DNA of 64,000 bases. Origin: Prorocentrum cordatum. Lineage: Eukaryota. Each line of letters starts with the position of its first letter. Position 1 is the stretch's first letter. The notes below the pieces were generated by a model. The model ran no database searches. It saw only the letters and a list, made by a program, of their open reading frames with translations, and was not told the origin of the DNA. The position numbers and the translations under genes are program-made. Positions 57,435 through 64,000 of this stretch are shown piece after piece. The stretch spans positions 1-64,000 of the forward strand of contig CAUYUJ010000239.1 of the NCBI GenBank assembly GCA_963575745.1, read 5' to 3'.

Positions 57435-58489
57435 ATGAAGGGGCGGCCCCGCGCATCGAAGAACCCCATCGACCTTGCGAAGATGTCGGACGACGAAGTT
57501 CTGGGATTCAGGCGAGAGTTGGGGGTTGCAAAAGACCTAACAGGCTTCAAACGCAGCAAGTGCAGGGTCGGCGCGCACGGGCCCGAACAGAGCCAAACAG
57601 ACGGGCGACAACCCGTACACAAGTGCACAAACAGAAGACTATGTCGTGGAGCCAGCGCCCCGCACTCCACAGTGGACGGCGCTCTGCTACCCCGCGGGAG
57701 CAGCTGATGCACTTGCTCGGTCTATCGGCCACGAACTCTGTCGCGGCGACTGCTCAACTCACTGGGCGCTCTGAGAAACCGATTGCTAGAACTCGATACA
57801 TATTGCAGATGGCTCGGAAAGCTCACGTGCAAAAGATCGAGAGGAACATGACTTTTGGACTTTCGAAGCCGCCGCCGCCGCCGGGGTGGCCTGACATCGA
57901 GGTGGAGGAGGCAAGCTTCGGAAAGATGAGCCTTCGGCCTCTTCGGCATCCAGACGACAAGGTTCAAGCGTGGGAAAACTGGATTGGGATGGTAAGACGT
58001 GGTCATCCAAAAACACTCCTTCGCATCAGGTCTACAAATGGCCCTACTCTGGTGCGGTCACCTGGGCCCGGCCCAATCACCAAGGAGCAATGGCGGGACA
58101 TACCTCGCACCTACTTCAAGGACCGCCACGTCGTGGTCCATTCTGATTCTGCGCGCGCCTACCCCGAAGTCAAAATACCAGGCACGGTCCGCGATCAGGT
58201 TGTTCATAAGAAGCGCAGGGTTTACAACAGCACGAAAAAGAAATTTGTTTGGTTGAAACCCAAGTACGTGAAAACCGTCAAGCATACGATTTGCGGCAAA
58301 ACTGTTTGGAGGAAAGCTGACACTCAATCGATTGATTAATGCTGGAAGTTTCTCAAGTCCCGTCTGAGAGTTAACCGGGAGCTCAAGCCAGGATCCCGAG
58401 CATTTGCGTTGGCGGTGCGATCAGCTCAGTATGAGTATTAGACTCGCGGCCAGGACCCGTGGGATGCGCTGGCTGCTCTTTGCCAGTGA
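57435..58489 (+). pseudogene. IS1595/Merlin-like DDE transposase, decayed (frameshift near 57640, stops at 58337 and 58439)
   Basis: N-terminal Cys cluster (KC...HKCTNRRLC); DIEVEEASFGK, WIGMVRRG, VVHSDSARAY, VVH, DTQSID*CWKFLKSRL correspond to the IS1595 pattern VE.DE / G..ER / .TD...Y / V.H / HTN.IE..W..LK. Confidence 0.75.
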
Positions 58490-59259
58490 TGCGAGGGTCA
58501 ATGATCTGCAACATATCGCGGTTCGTGCAGGAGCTGCGTTGCAGCTCTGATGTCGCCTATTGTGCCAGTACAGTGGCACAGGCGAGCCAGGACATGAATT
58601 TGAATTTGCGCGCGGATGCACATGCGCATGACCCGTGGTAGATCAGCCTGCCGATTCGAAGTAGTGTCAATTGTGGATGCGCACTAGCTAGACTGGTTAC
58701 AAAAGACAAACCTTTCTGCGTCAAGATGGTGCTCGATCGTTTTTAGCGCCTGTCACATTTATGGGAGGGTATCTGCTCGTGCCATGTAATATGATAGAAC
58801 GTTCACTGTCAAGGTAGTGCTCGGTCTAATCGCCGGCTGCGTTCATGCGACGCCATTATTTCATGATGTGTATGGCTTCGTCGAATTCTTTTAGTTCAAT
58901 GATTATATTGCAGTTGTTGTGATGCAGTGTGTCCAATGGACTGCTTCATGTTCTATCGTAATATAACTTACTCGAATTAAGGCTGTAATAGTCTTGTTGA
59001 TGCGTACCGTCGGAAGGCTCCCAAATGGGCTTCTCGGTGCGATCTGCATTGCAAAAACCAGAGGTTTTACTCGGCTTCGAGACCCCCTCCTTTTCTGGGT
59101 TTGGGGGGTCTCAAACGCGGCTCGGAAACCATTGTTTCATTGCAGCGGGCTGGTATTTGCAACACAATGCTTTGTTCCAATAACAAGAATACTGTATGAA
59201 GTCTGCTTACTAAACTTGCCAAATTATCCTCGTTGGTCGGTTTGGAATTTGATATCGGT

Positions 59260-59430
59260 AAATCTTCAAATCGTCGAATCTTCAAATCTTCAAATCTGCA
59301 AATCGTCAATCCTTCGCATGTTCGAAAATCCAAAAAGGTGCTACCCTTCAAATCTTCAAATCTTCAACTCCTCAATTCTGTAATTTTCCGGTTCTTTACA
59401 AATTTAAACCTTCGAATCCTCAAATGTGCA
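59260..59430. repeat. (TCTTCAAA)n degenerate array, same family as 53205-53790
   Basis: Direct reading. Confidence 0.75.
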
Positions 59431-60439
59431 AGCGCGCAGAAACTGCTGGAACCGATAGGGCCGCAACCCGCATCAAAGTGTGAGGTTTTTTGTGGAGCAC
59501 TTTCTAAACAAATCCCCTTCCCAGATTATATGTCATATGAATGATTGTTCATTGTTTCATTTACAAATTTATGGTTGATGCTTGGTGGGTTGTAACGAAC
59601 AACCGCGCATATCATTACGAATTTCACTAAAACACAGAGCACGCACGAACGAAGCACAACAGCATGGATAGGAGGATGATGACGAAAACAGAGAGGAAGG
59701 GAGAGAAACGACATATCGAAAACACAAATAAAATCAGAAGGAATAAGAGCATCTTAAAGCAGAACAATGCGGATAACAAGGAGGAGGAAAAGGAGGAGAA
59801 AGAAGAGGAAGACAATGATGAGGAGGAAGAACAGCAGAAAACGGAAGGATGTAACAGGGGAAGGAGCACGAGAGCGAAGAAGTGAGGGAAAAGGAGGAAG
59901 AGGAGGAGGAGGAGGAGGAGGAGGAGCAAAGGACGACTCAGCAAAGGGACGAGCAGGACGAGCAGCAGGAGAACGCGAGCGGCAATTGTATTATCTGTAG
60001 TGAGTCGGTTCAAGTTGTGGGCGTTCCGTATCGTATTTTGCCTCGCCTTCGAGTAATGGTGAAGGCGGGAATTGTTGCTGATGTCGAAAAGTTCAGTTCG
60101 TCTGAAGAGTTGTACAGGTATTACAAAGAATGCAAATTGGACTCAACCACATCTTGATGGCCTGATGAGTGCGAGTTCAGAGACAGACTTGTTAAATGTT
60201 GTCCGGCCGCTGCCGCCAACCAATGATGGCGGAAATTGCCGCGGAGCAGCAAATTTCTGGGTAGCGCTTTGGATAGAACAGGCAAGCAGAAACGCGAAAC
60301 AGGATATATCTCATATTCATGCTATGTCTTTGACAAACTATCCGCTCTACTCCAGAAAGTAACAGAGGCAGAGGAAGGGAGGAGTGAGGAGGTACAGGAA
60401 TGACGTAAGTCGCTTGTGGAATGTCCTATTTTTTGTGGC

Positions 60440-62340
<1,901 letters not shown>

Positions 62341-62410
62341 GTTCACAAAAATAGCACGCCCAGTTCGAGCACAGCGGAGATAAGCCAATCAGCCGAGAGA
62401 GTACGCGACC

Positions 62411-63251
62411 ATGTTTTTTGTCCTGTCGGAGCTTTACAGCAAAACGGGGATGCCGAAACAATGCAAACTCACAAAAGCAATGGCCAACAGCACTTGGTGC
62501 ATTTCTTCAATGATGGGTTTATTTCAGATACACGATCCCGGTGTTCAGTGGGACCCTGTTCCTGAATATTTGCGCAACTGCGTGGGTGAATTTAAGTTGC
62601 CCAGCGGCAAATTTCCAGGTGGGTTAACAATTCTGCTTTGTATGATAGCCAGCGCGGGCGATCGTCATCCCTGTCAAGCTTACTGCGGGATCAAAGGGTC
62701 ATGCAGGTTTTTGACGACGAGTGGAGCAATCAGACAATCGACAAACTGCGCTACACAATTGTATCTCCCGAAACTGACTCCAAAGGCGTTCGTTTGGCGG
62801 AAAGATCAACCAGCGAAGTAAAACGTTCCCCTAGGCTGTGCCATGTTAATTCCGGTTACCACACGGACTGGGTGCGGGATTTCATGGTTCATTGCGACGC
62901 ACCGGGGAAAATATTTGAGTCTTTCTCAGAGTCATTCAAAATCCTTTCGAATATTGCAGGCACTGGTGCTTTCCAGGGCCGTGCATATCTTTCTATGGCT
63001 TTTTATCGCGTATAAGATGGATTTTTCCTGTGCCAGATGATATGCTATACGATTTGGCTGGACCAAACGTCAGAGAAATGGAAAAGATGTGCAAATATGC
63101 GGGCTTCATTTATGGCGGGTTATACAAAATGATCAAGGAAGAACTGCCCCATATTGAGCCAATGGAGTATGAGGTTTGGACGTGCAAGGTAGTGAATGTC
63201 CTCTTCCTTTTGAAAATGGAAAAAAATCCAAAGCTGTGCGGCGGCGGTTGA
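62411..63251 (+). pseudogene. Frameshifted lower-GC ORF with HhH-like motif; possible distant relative of the aGPT-Pplase/HhH-GPD superfamily
   Basis: Three staggered frames (62411, 62638, 63030); LSNIAGTGAFQGRAYL...LAGPNVREM...EYEVWTCKV. Confidence 0.35.
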
Positions 63252-63454
63252 CAAAGAAGCAGAACATGATGTAGTTTATGTAGTGCGCTTTTATTTGTTG
63301 TGTGTTGGAGGTGCCTGTGTGAAAGAAAATGGTACACCATATGATACGATCCTATTGTCTTCAACTCGTACCGCGGCCACGCTGAGGTAACCATTCGAGG
63401 TGTTATTGATGTAGGCTTCGCGGGAATCTCGAAAAAATGTCCTTGGTTTGTCTG

Positions 63455-64000
63455 TATCTAGAGTGTTGTTCGTTATCGCACTTTTTCTTGATTATGCCAC
63501 AGCCTAATGTTTTCGTGAGTTTCAAATGCCCGGCATCCAACAAAGCGAAAACAAAAAAATGTGCTATGACTGCTTCGATTCAAGCGCGACAATATTCAAA
63601 TCGGTAGCTTTTGCGTCGTTCGCTACGTGCCTCTTCAGCAAGCAATACCAGAAACGCACGTTTGCTTGAGGGCGGCGGATCTCATATCAAGGAAAGCGCA
63701 AAACAAAAAAATAATGTTGCGACTTATTGACGCAACACACATTAGACAATGTATTTGGTCTGTTTGCTTCTAAGGTGTTGTTCGTTATCGCACTTGTTTC
63801 TTTGATTATGCCACAGTCTAATGTTTTCGTGAATTTCAACGATCTGACATTCAACAAAGCTGAAAACAACAATGTTGTGCTATGGCCGCTTCGATTCAAG
63901 CGCGACAAGAGTCAATTCGGTAGCTTTTGCGTCGTTCGCTACGTGCCTCTTCAGCAAGCAATGCCAGAAACGCACGTGTGCTTGGGGGCGGCGGATCCCG
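63455..64000 (+). repeat. Two copies of a ~315-bp tandem unit, running off the window end
   Basis: GTGTTGTTCGTTATCGCACTT..GATTATGCCACAG at ~63463 and ~63776; both copies end GGGCGGCGGATC. Confidence 0.85.

Overview
Eukaryotic, GC-rich, repeat-dense DNA, most consistent with a dinoflagellate nuclear genome (near-perfect relic of the dinoflagellate spliced leader, dinoflagellate-style PPR arrays, MAPK/MPPK starts and KRPA tails). Most long ORFs in the track are artefacts of microsatellites. Real content: the 3' end of a CRE-like non-LTR retrotransposon; two tandem PPR-coding arrays; a putative ~12.5-kb Helitron (~21.8-34.36 kb); two tandem Copia-type pol remnants ending in a SAP motif; several higher-order and fold-back satellites; a ~6-kb putative composite DNA element (SF3-like ATPase plus papain-like domain, then an IS1595/Merlin-like DDE transposase); and a decayed ORF at 62-63 kb. 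The best candidate for a new system is the Helitron. Behind a decayed Rep/Pif1 gene it carries a spliced-leader-headed gene whose motifs resemble the phage 5-hmdU DNA kinase helical (aGPT-Pplase1) thymine-hypermodification family, a second codon-biased gene of unknown function, and 11 co-oriented copies of GGACAGCTTCCGG. Dinoflagellate DNA is known to contain 5-hydroxymethyluracil, so the substrate would be present. All family assignments come from motifs recognised by eye; no searches were run, and many coordinates of repeats are approximate.
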